This document shows positions 39,801 to 49,880 of a stretch of DNA of 64,000 nt, piece by piece; positions within the stretch are counted from its first letter, which is position 1, and every line of letters begins with the position of its first letter. Under the pieces are notes generated by a model. That model had not been told where the DNA came from, made no database searches, and saw only the letters and a program-made list of their open reading frames with translations. The stretch is from a virus: IMG/VR virus record IMGVR_UViG_3300031603_000002, positions 1 through 64,000 of that record, one strand, 5' to 3'. Position numbers and translations under genes: made by a program.

Positions 39801-40964
39801 AATGGTTTCGTCGCCCTGGTCTCCGGAGACGGCAAGGGGTTCAGTGGCACCGTCGGTGCAATCGGTGATGCACTCGCGAACATGTTTAGCAGTCCTTTGG
39901 GCTTGCTGCAAGCAGCGCTGGAGGAAACTGCGAACAATTTCATGGAGCAGGGCAAAAGGATTTTCCTTAAGATCAAGCTTGTTGTGGCCAAAGGGCTGAA
40001 CGTGATCGGCCAAGTTTCAGATGCAGACGTCAAGGCTGCGAAGATCAATCTCGCCACATTCAATGATGGCGTTAAAGAATCTACAGAAAAAAAGCTTAAA
40101 ATTATTGAAGTTGCAAAAAAAGATAGCGAAAATAAAATTAAGCAAATGGGCAAATATAAAGACACCAGCTGGCTTGATATGATAGGTGCCCCTTTGGATG
40201 CAATGAAAAAAATGGAGGCTGCAAAAATATCAGCAGCTGAAAAGAAGAATTATGAAAAAATGTCTGCAGCACGCAGAATGGTTTCACAGATTGATGACAT
40301 AAAAGATATAGAAAAAAAGCTAGCTGCTGCCACAAAAAAATTAGCAAAAATTAACATCAAGAAACTAAAAAAGGATGTAAAATACTCAGTCGAAAAGCTT
40401 GGGCAGATATTTTCCGAAATCGCGACAGTTTTAGATGCTGGTAAGCTAAACGAAACAGCAAAAATAATCGCCCCGGCGTACGACACTTTTTCTTTGGCCA
40501 TCGACCAGACACTGGTTCCTATTATGAAGCTCAATGATAAATTCATAGCGCTGAAAACAGGTATGTTGGGAATTACAGACAGCACCGGTATAGCCGTAAA
40601 GGCGATGCGTAAAGCACCGTTTACAAGGCTCACAAAAGAGCTACCGCATATGGAGGCAGCAATTCTCGGTATTGACAAGGTGGTCTCGTCTGTCAATACT
40701 GCAGGCGGCAAGCTAACAAACGAAAATATCTCAAAGATGCAACCCGTTCTTGATGCTATAAAGGGTTTCAAAGGCGGTAAGATTGAAGTTTCACATAACC
40801 TGCCCAATACTAAAATAGAGCTTACTGTGAATATAGACAGCAAGAAGCTCGCCGAAGCACTTGTGGCTGTCGACCTAGGCAAAACACCAGCATCAACAAG
40901 CCCTAACGACAGAACGTATTTAAGCACACAAAAAGGCCAAACGAAATTACCTGGAAGTAAATGA
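36849..40964 (+). CDS. Tape measure protein
   Basis: 1371 aa, helical and Ala/Gly/Lys-rich; follows chaperone. Confidence 0.8.
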   Translation: MAEEGSVQLQIQNQMNEAVKARSTLLNTQTKILSTQLDLVVKMRNALKGEGLKEAQKAIDDVNKALDANIIASEKAAEGNRDLGTAAAETGQKLEKTKESLVTGKKVFGVFADAMSAGISTMTNVGSSILNIAGAIGKLGITILSTPFKIFDAFVETAQTLPRNTAIVDALEDIRDAFGDIATGPGKAVASQLGTISKSARNLAGTGLSVTRVFGFGAEGIAGALKAVNELAQGTGESFTRLKGVFQESGLQLTMMQKGLGVTAENMGQLMNIAELRGEDVGKSLEEFSKITLQTADEFGMGVKTMAKGMAELNVEVSTFGHLGPKAFAPMVVYAKKLGIEVKQLSGTMKKFSGFSDTAKAASELAQGFGMNIDAMKLMAAQNPAKKIDMLRKSFFNAGNDISKMSYQQRQYLEQTTGLEGTALEAAFSLDKQGLSYENIEKQANKAGKRQITQKKVMQDLGKQIKKLNHLMNVEKYAGFFDAFIKGFGVGLLKAGGMRGALKNIQKVLLKVHVAGRQVAKMFVKYFPGVQTMLSAIGELFDPAKIDGFTDGIKHAFKTLFQSKNGWGQFFTDIENVFEERAGVGGSILKKLKSGFNKFATFILKGVTSGISAAVGQIGEKVLPAIQKFLDGLASDLAKEENKGKGLLSVLFQKASSSDITKKFGPLMEPVLGALQKAFTTLAPKVGKILETAWPLIKPYVMKLAGVMALSFAAGFAKSLIGGIASIGMSVIGANIWGGAKKSVEKASGKEGLVLQSTIRDKLDLHVNSAINKIDNTKIGKKLLEKFDRVALKFGPKIAAVGTKLIPIAGWAIAIGDAALSINSQMDKMEGSLQKDYGKLEGTIGAGSAGMLAALTLGLLPDTIYKTFGEGTASIVKSMRDMSKKIGMENIFETYLKGIRGQIKIFQGLGDVLVGIFEGDTDRIGTGLIRMFDGLMTSLTLFPKMLFSAVIDLGPTIIKGFYRALEFMFLDIPIGIFDIVVGAVNGFVALVSGDGKGFSGTVGAIGDALANMFSSPLGLLQAALEETANNFMEQGKRIFLKIKLVVAKGLNVIGQVSDADVKAAKINLATFNDGVKESTEKKLKIIEVAKKDSENKIKQMGKYKDTSWLDMIGAPLDAMKKMEAAKISAAEKKNYEKMSAARRMVSQIDDIKDIEKKLAAATKKLAKINIKKLKKDVKYSVEKLGQIFSEIATVLDAGKLNETAKIIAPAYDTFSLAIDQTLVPIMKLNDKFIALKTGMLGITDSTGIAVKAMRKAPFTRLTKELPHMEAAILGIDKVVSSVNTAGGKLTNENISKMQPVLDAIKGFKGGKIEVSHNLPNTKIELTVNIDSKKLAEALVAVDLGKTPASTSPNDRTYLSTQKGQTKLPGSK

Positions 40965-41158
40965 AAACCGACGATGAAAAAATTGATGCAGTCAAAAAAT
41001 GGCTTGTAACTGAATCCGCAACTGGAAATGAGCTAGCGGCGGTATACTCATCTTTGCTAACATCGGCAAACACAGAAATTACGTCGCACTATTATCTTAT
41101 GCTCCACGATATGTTAGAATCATTCAAGAAAGTTGCGGCATCTTTCAAGGACAAGTAA
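40961..41158 (+). CDS. Small hypothetical protein
   Basis: Overlap-coupled 65-aa ORF. Confidence 0.5.
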   Translation: MKTDDEKIDAVKKWLVTESATGNELAAVYSSLLTSANTEITSHYYLMLHDMLESFKKVAASFKDK

Positions 41159-44100
41159 ATGTCAAAAAACACATTCGAGCAAATCGCAGCACAGCAACTG
41201 ACAGATCCTGCGTATGACCCGCAATCAGATGATAAGAAGAGTCTGGAGGGCGTCCCGGTCACGGAGCCCAATCAGGCAGACCTCAGTTCGTCGGGCATAA
41301 CTGTACTCGGTTCATATCTCAATAGCTATACAACGTCTGGCCGGCGACAAAACGGAACAGGCAACGAATTCTATCCATCATGGGAGGCGTCAGAAGCACC
41401 TTCGCTGAATCGCCCAACAGGAAAAAAAGAGATTCAAAAAGAAGGCAAATCATTCCTGCAACAAGACGATAATGCAAAGATTTCATCCGATGCCTTTTTC
41501 GACACGAAAGATTTAGAAGATCTCCTGAGCAAAGATGGAAGCAAAGAAAGCCCGTCGGGCAATGAGCTACTCCGCTCGGTTGAGGGGAACGACCACCCGT
41601 TAGTTAGGGCTGTCCTGGACAAGCTTACCAAAGATAACGTGTACACCCCTGAAAAGCATACACAGTTCATCAAGGACAACGGAACGACCAACGAAGAAAT
41701 CGCGACACGAGGACTGTTCACAATACAACGCGATCTGGGATCATTTATCCTGGATGGGAAACAAGGAAAAAATGAGTCGTCGGGTCGCCGCGTTCAAGTT
41801 TCAGACATGTCGAAGATGGCACTCGCATTGCTTGCCCAGAGTGTAGGAAACTACACCGCCGCCGGTTCAATCATGGAAAACGGTACGATATCGTTTCTTT
41901 CGAGGAACCTTGCCAACCCTGTTGAGCAATTGGGAATTCAGGGAGTAAGTGTCGATCGCCTAAGACTGTCCGGGCTTTATAGCTCGAACCCAGACATCCG
42001 TAGGCTCATCGATGGTGCCAAAGGCCAGAATGATCTGATAACAACACAGAATCAAACAAATCTCAACAATCGCGGCATATCATCAGATGGTGGAACCGAT
42101 CCAAAGCTCCAGTCATCAGCATATAACAGCGTGTCACATTCACAATTGAACTCATTCATGGCACCATTCGGTGGCCTAGTAGGCAGCGCAGGAATGCTGA
42201 CAATTGCCATCGAGGGTGTTTTAGGATTACTCGCGATCTCACTATTACTTTCAGCATTACCTAAAGGAGAAACAAAGGACTACATCGATCCCGAGAGTCC
42301 ATGGCTGTACGGGTTAGGCTCACATAGGAAAAATGAAACGACAGGAGCAACGACGATACTTTATGATCTGTTGCGAATCACAGACACAGACTACGATTTC
42401 AAAAGTTGCGTCGAGACTGGAATTTTATTGCTGCTGGGTTTCAACCCGTCAGTGGGAAAAACCGGTCTTAAAGCGGCGCTTTCAAACCCGGCAAGCCTGG
42501 GTGTATTTGCAGCCAACCTGGCGCTGACTCCGTCATACTACGCAAACCTATTTCGACAAATCACTCGTGATACGAATGATGTTGTTGCAGGTTTCAGAGA
42601 AATCGGAGGAACATACTCAAGCGGTCTAACATCAATAGCAGCAGCAATAGACAAACTGGTGAACTCAAAAGCATACCAATTTGTGATGATGGCTGCAGGT
42701 GTGGGAGATGCGGCCTTAAAATCGATAAACGGCCAACTCGATATGGGCACTACAAATGTGTTGCTTCAAAACCAAGACATCGTACCGGAACAGCTTGAAG
42801 ATAAATCTTCGAAAAGCTTCAGGGCGCTTGGTGATTGGCGTCGGCATGTCTCTAGGTGGTCAGGAGGCCGGAACCCGTTGTCATTGCATACTTTCCCCGC
42901 CGCGATTGTTCGACAAACTGAAACCGCAGGTAAGCACACCGCGATTAGATCATACAAAAAGCCAAGTCGGGATGAGGTAGAATCGATTGAAAATGATCTG
43001 GATGCTGAGTACATGCCATTCTATTTTCATGATTTGAGAACACACGAAATTATATCATTACCTGCGTTCATCACACAGTTTGATGAAAGCTTTAATGTAA
43101 CATACAACTCAAACATCGGGTATGGACGACAAGATCCTGTTCGAATCTATGATAACACAGAGCGTTCTATGAGCTTCGGTTTCAAACTTGTTGCATTCAA
43201 CAAAGAGGACTTTGATGAGATGTGGTTTATGGTTAACAAATTAGTCGCTATGTGTTATCCGCAGTACTCCAAAGGCCGCGAACGACAGTTTTCAGAAAAT
43301 GAAACAGAATATAAGTTCACACAACCATTTTCACAAGTACCGGCCGCAAGCCCAATGATTCGTTTACGTCTAGGTGATGTACTGAAATCGAATTATAGCC
43401 TAAGCTCGGCAAAGAAACTGTTTGGCGATCTGTCGATTGAGGCAGCCACCGAACGAAATGAATACGAAGTTGCAAAAGCAAACAATATTGAGAAGGCGAG
43501 GAAGAAGTTTGAAGCTGACAAACTCGGCACAATGTTCGAATATGGTAAACTCAAAGATCCTACTAAAACATTCCCATACGCAAGTCTCGGCGGAAGACGG
43601 AAAGCTACATGGCCAGACTATGCAGTTGTCAATTTTGTGCCAGCATCATTCGCCGGCAAGTTTAATTTAGGTTCTATCATTCCAGGCACGAAAGATAATC
43701 AGCGCGACGTAATTGCGAAGTCAACAACAGGATCTGGTAGGTATATCATAAAGGTTACTGCTGCCGACATCGCGTTTGACGTTGCATCTGCAAAAAAAGC
43801 AATATCAGCAGACGTCGAGGCCGCGAAGGCGAAGCTTGATGCAAAACTAAAACTAATACGTGCGCCGACAAATACGCAGCAGTCTGACTTCTTCAGGCCA
43901 GAAAATAATGCAATCATAAGATCATTCAATTCAACACGAGGTAAAGGTCTTGCAGGCGTTATCACATCATTGGCATTCGATTACGGAACGTACCCGTACG
44001 AGATAACCCCAGGAAGTAGGGCACCAAAAATGATCGATGTATCACTTGGCTTTGCGCCAATTCATGACTTGCCACTTGGGTTGGACTATAAGGGCGAATT

Positions 44101-44305
44101 ACGGGCGCCATCACACCCAGTCGGCGGTATCGCCGGCGATTTTGGTGATGTGTACGATGATGTGCCGCCATCAGCTGCAGATTTGGAAAGCGTAAGCTCG
44201 CAAATATCAGATCTGTTCGGCTCCAATACAGTAGCTGGCCAGGAAACAATGGAGCGTTTATCAAAGATCGCAAAAGGCCCGAATGACAAATCGAAGGGGG
44301 CATAA
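41159..44305 (+). CDS. Baseplate/tail-tube initiator-like protein
   Basis: MPFYFHDLR, YGRQDPVRIYDNTERSMSF, SPMIRLRLGD, GVITSL; position after TMP. Confidence 0.65.
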   Translation: MSKNTFEQIAAQQLTDPAYDPQSDDKKSLEGVPVTEPNQADLSSSGITVLGSYLNSYTTSGRRQNGTGNEFYPSWEASEAPSLNRPTGKKEIQKEGKSFLQQDDNAKISSDAFFDTKDLEDLLSKDGSKESPSGNELLRSVEGNDHPLVRAVLDKLTKDNVYTPEKHTQFIKDNGTTNEEIATRGLFTIQRDLGSFILDGKQGKNESSGRRVQVSDMSKMALALLAQSVGNYTAAGSIMENGTISFLSRNLANPVEQLGIQGVSVDRLRLSGLYSSNPDIRRLIDGAKGQNDLITTQNQTNLNNRGISSDGGTDPKLQSSAYNSVSHSQLNSFMAPFGGLVGSAGMLTIAIEGVLGLLAISLLLSALPKGETKDYIDPESPWLYGLGSHRKNETTGATTILYDLLRITDTDYDFKSCVETGILLLLGFNPSVGKTGLKAALSNPASLGVFAANLALTPSYYANLFRQITRDTNDVVAGFREIGGTYSSGLTSIAAAIDKLVNSKAYQFVMMAAGVGDAALKSINGQLDMGTTNVLLQNQDIVPEQLEDKSSKSFRALGDWRRHVSRWSGGRNPLSLHTFPAAIVRQTETAGKHTAIRSYKKPSRDEVESIENDLDAEYMPFYFHDLRTHEIISLPAFITQFDESFNVTYNSNIGYGRQDPVRIYDNTERSMSFGFKLVAFNKEDFDEMWFMVNKLVAMCYPQYSKGRERQFSENETEYKFTQPFSQVPAASPMIRLRLGDVLKSNYSLSSAKKLFGDLSIEAATERNEYEVAKANNIEKARKKFEADKLGTMFEYGKLKDPTKTFPYASLGGRRKATWPDYAVVNFVPASFAGKFNLGSIIPGTKDNQRDVIAKSTTGSGRYIIKVTAADIAFDVASAKKAISADVEAAKAKLDAKLKLIRAPTNTQQSDFFRPENNAIIRSFNSTRGKGLAGVITSLAFDYGTYPYEITPGSRAPKMIDVSLGFAPIHDLPLGLDYKGELRAPSHPVGGIAGDFGDVYDDVPPSAADLESVSSQISDLFGSNTVAGQETMERLSKIAKGPNDKSKGA

Positions 44306-44602
44306 ATGGCATCAATAAACAGATATGAAAATGACAAGCTGGTGTCAGCCGGCAAGCTTTTAGGGACTAACGCCGCGATAATAAAACTCAGAAATGCGAT
44401 TTCAGCGGGCACAATACAAACGACGGCGACAGTGTTAAGAGGCGCTCAGCGCCTCGACGTAATTGCCCACGATAGTTATGGAGACGGTCGGCTTTGGTGG
44501 GTTATTGCGGCGGCATCAGGTATAGGTTGGTGGCTTCAGGCCCCCGCGGGCACTCGGATCGTAATCCCAAGCGATATCAGCGCGGTTTTAGAGGTAATCT
44601 AA
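44306..44602 (+). CDS. LysM-like baseplate protein (gp53/tail X type)
   Basis: RLDVIAHDSYGDGRLWWVIAAAS. Confidence 0.8.
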   Translation: MASINRYENDKLVSAGKLLGTNAAIIKLRNAISAGTIQTTATVLRGAQRLDVIAHDSYGDGRLWWVIAAASGIGWWLQAPAGTRIVIPSDISAVLEVI

Positions 44603-47559
44603 TGGCAGTTCGAACAGCGAGAAAAATATACAATGACTTAGCACGATACTTCGGACTGCGCGAGCAGGATGCATTTCTGTCTGCAATTGAAAGCTCATCG
44701 GCGAAATCAACAAATTCAACACGTCAAACCAGCAAGGACATATTCTTTCAGGAGATTTTTGGTGACGGTGTCGAGTTCATGTCAGACGCTGAAATCTATA
44801 AGCTGCTAAGTAGCTACGGCAAAAATGCAAAAATCGATGTTTGCGTGACGCCAGCAGATGAGCAAGGCAGTATACCAGACGATGTATTGAATTTGCCGGG
44901 TAAAGATCAGGGGTGGGGTAAACCAAAAGAAAAGCATTACGGAATATACACAGATCTTATCCAGACATCGAAAGTGGCTGAGCATTCATCGACTGTTTAC
45001 CAGGTTTTCCCGGCTGCTCGAGGACATGACATTGCAGACACCGAAATCATCACACTGTTTCTGAGCAACTTGACATCACTAGAAATGTCTCGTGCAGTGC
45101 CGTACATCGACATCGCAGTGTCGACGGCTGTAGGGGAAGCCGGCGTTGATAAAGACACCGGAAACTTCGTGCAAGACGCACATTTTTCACTGGGTAGGTT
45201 TTTAGGTGCTGGTAAGTCTGAAAAGGCTCTCCGAGGCAAGTTTTTGGGTGAGGTTGGAACTGCTGACACGTTTGCGTCTAGCAAGCAATCAAATTTGCAA
45301 GCTGTTTCGTCAATGGAGGTTTTTACGTCTCCACAAACAATGGTGAACGCCGATAGAACATATGAGGCAGGTGAATCGAGGCCAATTGATAAGTTCCGGC
45401 CGTTTTTGAGTCTTGATGGGATAGAAATTAGCATTGTACCAACAGCGTTTGGAACTATTTCTCATAAGTCTGCGAAGCTGAATATGAAACTGTTCGACAG
45501 AGGCCGCCTGCAGGATATTGCCCCACTAGTTTCACCACAACGAAAAGGAAACATACAGTTTTATATCACATACGGCTGGTCGCACCCAGACGGCCAGTTT
45601 ATACAAAGGGATGCCGATGCATCACAGGCAAAAATGGGCGACCTGATAAATGCAATGCGTATATCAGAGGCATATATTGTAACAAACAGCTCGTTTGAAT
45701 TTGAAAGTGACGGAACTGTGGCGATCAGCGTTGACTTGGCAATGGTAGGTACAGGCGCTGCGTCGGCAACAGACATCCTAAGTGTTGCCGACAACGAAAG
45801 CGTTGCTAGCGTGATGTCTGTTATGCACGCAATTCAGAAAAAGATGCGAGACATTCAAAAAAGGATGCCGAACGTTAGCATTCCCCAAATCGTCATGGGC
45901 ATAAGCCCAGAGAACGTTCTAAACCTTACGAAGAAGGATAAAAAAGCCCTGCATAAGGCATCCGCGAAGCTCAGAAAATCAGGAACAAGCCTAAAAGACA
46001 TCAGCGCCGAGCTTGTCAAGTTAATCGGTGTCAGATCCCGTGGTAAGCAGTCATTGTTAAGTCGTGCTGAAAAAACAGTGCAAGATAATATCAATGATCA
46101 TATCGACTACCTTCGTTCAACCCCAGATCCATTTCTTCGACCGACTAAGCTCGGCGTTACATCATCGAAACTAAGTGGTAGGCACCTCACCAAGGCCGGC
46201 AAGCTTAACCAAAACAAGAAATCAAAAGCTGGAAAGCAGTCGTATATCTCATTTGGAAAGCTGATGACGCACTTTTTGACGCCAGTGTTCTCATCAGACA
46301 ATAATGATTTGCAGTTGGTTTTTACGCCATTCAACAGTTCAGCCGGGGCGATGTATGATCACAATATTTCGCAGTTCCCAATTGACATTGACGATTTACG
46401 AAAATATCTCGTTGCCGAAGCGAAAAAGAAGACAAAAATCTCAGCGTATGAATTACTGCAGTTTGTAGAGAAGTACTTTTTGTCATTTCAAGGAAATAGC
46501 GCGTATGGTCTATCAGGGATTTACAGGCCTGACAAGCGAGATGATAAAACCCATGCCGCTGTGTATAGAAGGGAGATTGACAGGATACTAAGCAAAAAAG
46601 GAAACAGAAAATCGTTCAACAATAAGCTCCATGAGAATTTGCGAAACATTTATGAAATGAAACGAATCAGGCCAACGTTTAGACCACCACATGTGACAAT
46701 GAATATTGTGACAAGAAAGAGTTCCGACAACTCAGGAAAGAACATCACCCGGGTGACATTTTTTGATGCCGCCGCTGGCCAGGTTATGCCGATCATAGAC
46801 ACATTCAACAAAGCAGCTCGATTAGGTCACTTCGTAAATGATTCGCTTAATGGTCCTGCAAACGAAAGAGGGGCGAGGCACAGCGAAACGTCAGCCGCAA
46901 CATACAAAACTCTCCGTGATAGAAAACTTACGGCTTCACTTGCTGACCATCTCGACGGCGGCACAAAGAAAATTGATGACATCATCGAGGAAATAAAAAG
47001 GATATCGAAGGCTGATAAACTCCCGTTCCCACCAAAGAAAGAAATTGAACTAAGGGAGCGCCTCAACGCAACAGAGGTTTTCAATTTCAAAAAGGCAAAA
47101 AACAACATCAAAGAACTGTTTTTTGAGTTTGCCCCGAGTCTTATATATGGATCAGCAGGATCTGGTATCCTGTCGGCGAATTTGGCATCTCAACAAAATG
47201 ATGCCCTCCTGTCAATCGCGCTAACGAAGGCAATAACTGGAAAAGATGGAGTCGGAGCAAAGGAAGATATGTCACTCCCACTGATGGTTCACCCTACGAC
47301 ACTGAGGCTGGAAACATTTGGATGCCCGTATTTCCGGATGGCGCAGAAGTTTTTTGTTGACATGGGAACGAATACATCTGCTGACAATTTTTATGCAGTA
47401 ACAAGTGTGAGCCACACAATCAACCGAGGCGAGTTCAAAACAAACGTCGATATGATTCAAACTGATGCATACGGATCGTTTGTCCATGTAGACAGCGAAA
47501 TTGAAGATACGATCATCACTGTCGAAATTGCGAATGCATCGCAACGAAAAAAGTCCTGA
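44602..47559 (+). CDS. Baseplate hub-like protein
   Basis: ITYGWSHP; C-terminal FGCPYF...YAVTSVSHTI.RGEFKT. Confidence 0.6.
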   Translation: MAVRTARKIYNDLARYFGLREQDAFLSAIESSSAKSTNSTRQTSKDIFFQEIFGDGVEFMSDAEIYKLLSSYGKNAKIDVCVTPADEQGSIPDDVLNLPGKDQGWGKPKEKHYGIYTDLIQTSKVAEHSSTVYQVFPAARGHDIADTEIITLFLSNLTSLEMSRAVPYIDIAVSTAVGEAGVDKDTGNFVQDAHFSLGRFLGAGKSEKALRGKFLGEVGTADTFASSKQSNLQAVSSMEVFTSPQTMVNADRTYEAGESRPIDKFRPFLSLDGIEISIVPTAFGTISHKSAKLNMKLFDRGRLQDIAPLVSPQRKGNIQFYITYGWSHPDGQFIQRDADASQAKMGDLINAMRISEAYIVTNSSFEFESDGTVAISVDLAMVGTGAASATDILSVADNESVASVMSVMHAIQKKMRDIQKRMPNVSIPQIVMGISPENVLNLTKKDKKALHKASAKLRKSGTSLKDISAELVKLIGVRSRGKQSLLSRAEKTVQDNINDHIDYLRSTPDPFLRPTKLGVTSSKLSGRHLTKAGKLNQNKKSKAGKQSYISFGKLMTHFLTPVFSSDNNDLQLVFTPFNSSAGAMYDHNISQFPIDIDDLRKYLVAEAKKKTKISAYELLQFVEKYFLSFQGNSAYGLSGIYRPDKRDDKTHAAVYRREIDRILSKKGNRKSFNNKLHENLRNIYEMKRIRPTFRPPHVTMNIVTRKSSDNSGKNITRVTFFDAAAGQVMPIIDTFNKAARLGHFVNDSLNGPANERGARHSETSAATYKTLRDRKLTASLADHLDGGTKKIDDIIEEIKRISKADKLPFPPKKEIELRERLNATEVFNFKKAKNNIKELFFEFAPSLIYGSAGSGILSANLASQQNDALLSIALTKAITGKDGVGAKEDMSLPLMVHPTTLRLETFGCPYFRMAQKFFVDMGTNTSADNFYAVTSVSHTINRGEFKTNVDMIQTDAYGSFVHVDSEIEDTIITVEIANASQRKKS

Positions 47560-47590
47560 AAATCTGGCATAACTTTGTTAGTATTACTAC

Positions 47591-48706
47591 ATGGATTTAT
47601 GCCTCCAAATCAAAAATGAGCTTCTTAGGGTCGGCAATGTTGCAGAAGATCTTGACGGGATTCTGACGCTTGATATGCTCGAGGAATTTCTATCGATCGT
47701 CGACAATGAAAAGTACCAATTCGTTGGTGACGAAACACTTGCCATGACGAACATCCTCACAAGCGATTCATCATTGTGGCCCGTCATGATTGCAAAAAAG
47801 AAGCGGGATGAGATTGTCGCGGCTGCTCTTCGGGCAATGAAGCAAGCGATGAGTTTCGATGAAAACCAAACGTACTTGTCAACATGGCTGCAGGTTCGGG
47901 GTTTCCTTGACAGTTTGCACAGGATCTACACGGTTCCGAAGCCATGGAGCACAATCCGCCAAGAATCACAAATCATGAAAGGGAATGCATTCAAGGCATC
48001 AATTTTGACCGGAATTCTTCCAAGGGTGAAGTACTCAACGGCGGGTTCTGCAACGGGTCGCCTGACGATTACCAAGGGGCCGAATTTTCTTGTCGCCCCT
48101 GCAAAATCACGAAAAGCTCTCCGGGCGTCAAATGAAGAATCAGACATAGCAATTATTGATTTCACGTCCATGGAGCCACGAGTTGCCCTAATGCTATTGA
48201 AACATGATATCGGAGACATGGATGTGTATGAGCATCTTATGGATGCCTGTGATATTTCGACAAGACCAGTAGCCAAGCTCGCGACGATCTCAGCATTATA
48301 TGGAGCGTCAGCACGTAGCCTCATAGAAACAGTAAAGTCAAAAAGTAAGGCGACATCAGTCGTGGCAAACGTCAAGGCATTTTTTGATGTGTCGAGCCTA
48401 GAGGAAATGCTAGAAGAACAAGCCAGACAAGGATTGGTCAGGAACTTTTTCGGGAGACCGCTCTTCGACGCGACAAAAACGGAAAGAGTAAGGGTTAACC
48501 ACTACATTCAATCAACCGCTGCCGAATTGGCAGTATTACTATTCGCGAAGCTGTGTGACGCGGTACCTTCCTTAAAGCCTCAATTGGTGATTCATGATGC
48601 TTTAGTAGCTGAGGTTCCAAAGCACGACATTGAAAAATTGAAATCCGCTCTGAGGAATCTTCAGTTTGAAAACACAAAGTTTCCATCGACGCTGGCTATT
48701 GTTTGA
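47591..48706 (+). CDS. Short family A DNA polymerase-like protein
   Basis: TGRL, motif A DFTSMEPRV, motif B RPVAKLATISALYG, NHYIQSTA, motif C IHDA. Confidence 0.8.
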   Translation: MDLCLQIKNELLRVGNVAEDLDGILTLDMLEEFLSIVDNEKYQFVGDETLAMTNILTSDSSLWPVMIAKKKRDEIVAAALRAMKQAMSFDENQTYLSTWLQVRGFLDSLHRIYTVPKPWSTIRQESQIMKGNAFKASILTGILPRVKYSTAGSATGRLTITKGPNFLVAPAKSRKALRASNEESDIAIIDFTSMEPRVALMLLKHDIGDMDVYEHLMDACDISTRPVAKLATISALYGASARSLIETVKSKSKATSVVANVKAFFDVSSLEEMLEEQARQGLVRNFFGRPLFDATKTERVRVNHYIQSTAAELAVLLFAKLCDAVPSLKPQLVIHDALVAEVPKHDIEKLKSALRNLQFENTKFPSTLAIV

Positions 48707-48732
48707 TATTTATTATGTGGAAAGGTGATACA

Positions 48733-49230
48733 ATGAACGACAAACTTGATGCGATGCTTTTAGAAGCGGTTAAAGATTTTCTACATGAGGAAAAAGCCAG
48801 TAAGAGTAAGGTGGACTATCGGGGAGCGTATGGCACCGGCGGTGCCTTTAGCAAAGAGATCGCGTTTACTAAAGGCCGGGCTGAAACTGATCCAAAAGGC
48901 CTATTACGCGATCTCGGTATAACTCAAAAAGCAGAAGGAAAGACTGACGCAATCAAAGCGGCATCTATCTTGCAACAAGCAATTCGGGCAAACGAGACCA
49001 TGGCTGAGGCCTTCGGTGACGTCAAAAGAACGATGACGAAGACTTCAAAAGGTAAAGACATTGAAGGTTTTAGCATTTCGTTTGATGACGATTTGAAACA
49101 ACGTGATGCAACGAAATATCTCGTCATCACCTTACGTGCTGCGGAGAATGGTGGCGTGCTGCACCTCGACAAGGGCATCAGTTTTGCTAGTGCTAAATTG
49201 GTTTCAAAACCAACAATTTACTCAAAGTAA
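48733..49230 (+). CDS. Hypothetical protein with leader-like N-terminus
   Basis: LDAMLLEAVKDFLHE; ATATTTA at 48706. Confidence 0.6.
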   Translation: MNDKLDAMLLEAVKDFLHEEKASKSKVDYRGAYGTGGAFSKEIAFTKGRAETDPKGLLRDLGITQKAEGKTDAIKAASILQQAIRANETMAEAFGDVKRTMTKTSKGKDIEGFSISFDDDLKQRDATKYLVITLRAAENGGVLHLDKGISFASAKLVSKPTIYSK

Positions 49231-49259
49231 TTGAAAATATTCCGCTATATGACTATAAT
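49231..49259 (+). promoter_or_regulatory. Sigma70-like promoter
   Basis: TTGAAA-17 bp-TATAAT. Confidence 0.65.
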
Positions 49260-49265
49260 GTTATC

Positions 49266-49838
49266 ATGGAAAATTTTGAAGAACTAAAACAAACGTATAG
49301 CATGTATTTGACACTTCTCGAGAAGTTCTTTCCCGAATCCGTCGATGCAATTAAAGGCATCGAAGCAGATCTTGGAGAACGATTATTTCTTGCGCCGAGA
49401 GACATAACCCCAGATTTGGGCGGGGTTCCAGGGGGATTAATATCGTTTTCACTGAATGTGGCTAAGCGGACGAAGATATTTCATGAAACTGTCAATCATA
49501 GATCGTTGGTGAGGGTTGCCTTACTTCATGAACTGGGTCGTGTCGGTGGTCCTCACGCTGATTTGTTTGTGACGGAAACGTCTGATTGGCACCGAGAAAA
49601 ACTGAATCGCAACTACAAATACAATGAAGCATGTCCAAAAATGTCGTCATCTCATAGAACGCTATTCTACATAGCGAAGTATGGTTTCAAGGTGACGGTG
49701 GACGAGTGGGTTGCCATCTTGACATCGGCCGGGTTTCAATATGACGAGAACCGTTTTTACGCGAATGAGAACCTACCATTGGCCAGCGCGCTACAAATGT
49801 GCCGCACGTTAGAGTTCAATGAAATGAAACAAAAGTGA
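49266..49838 (+). CDS. HD-fold-like protein with degenerate metal ligands
   Basis: GGLISFSLNV and ALLHELGRVG versus the usual GGLxxHSLxV and LLHDLGK. Confidence 0.55.
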   Translation: MENFEELKQTYSMYLTLLEKFFPESVDAIKGIEADLGERLFLAPRDITPDLGGVPGGLISFSLNVAKRTKIFHETVNHRSLVRVALLHELGRVGGPHADLFVTETSDWHREKLNRNYKYNEACPKMSSSHRTLFYIAKYGFKVTVDEWVAILTSAGFQYDENRFYANENLPLASALQMCRTLEFNEMKQK

Positions 49839-49880
49839 ATATAATGTTGTCAAAACGAATGCAACAGGATATTTAGATAC

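Noticed and set aside
36932-40927. Long antisense ORFs over the tape measure gene (also over MCP, sheath and portal)
   Set aside because: Shadow frames of strongly coding + strand genes; no RBS or motifs.
22583-47559. Bacterial contractile injection system or tailocin
   Set aside because: Terminase, portal, capsid and a replisome are present, so this is a phage.
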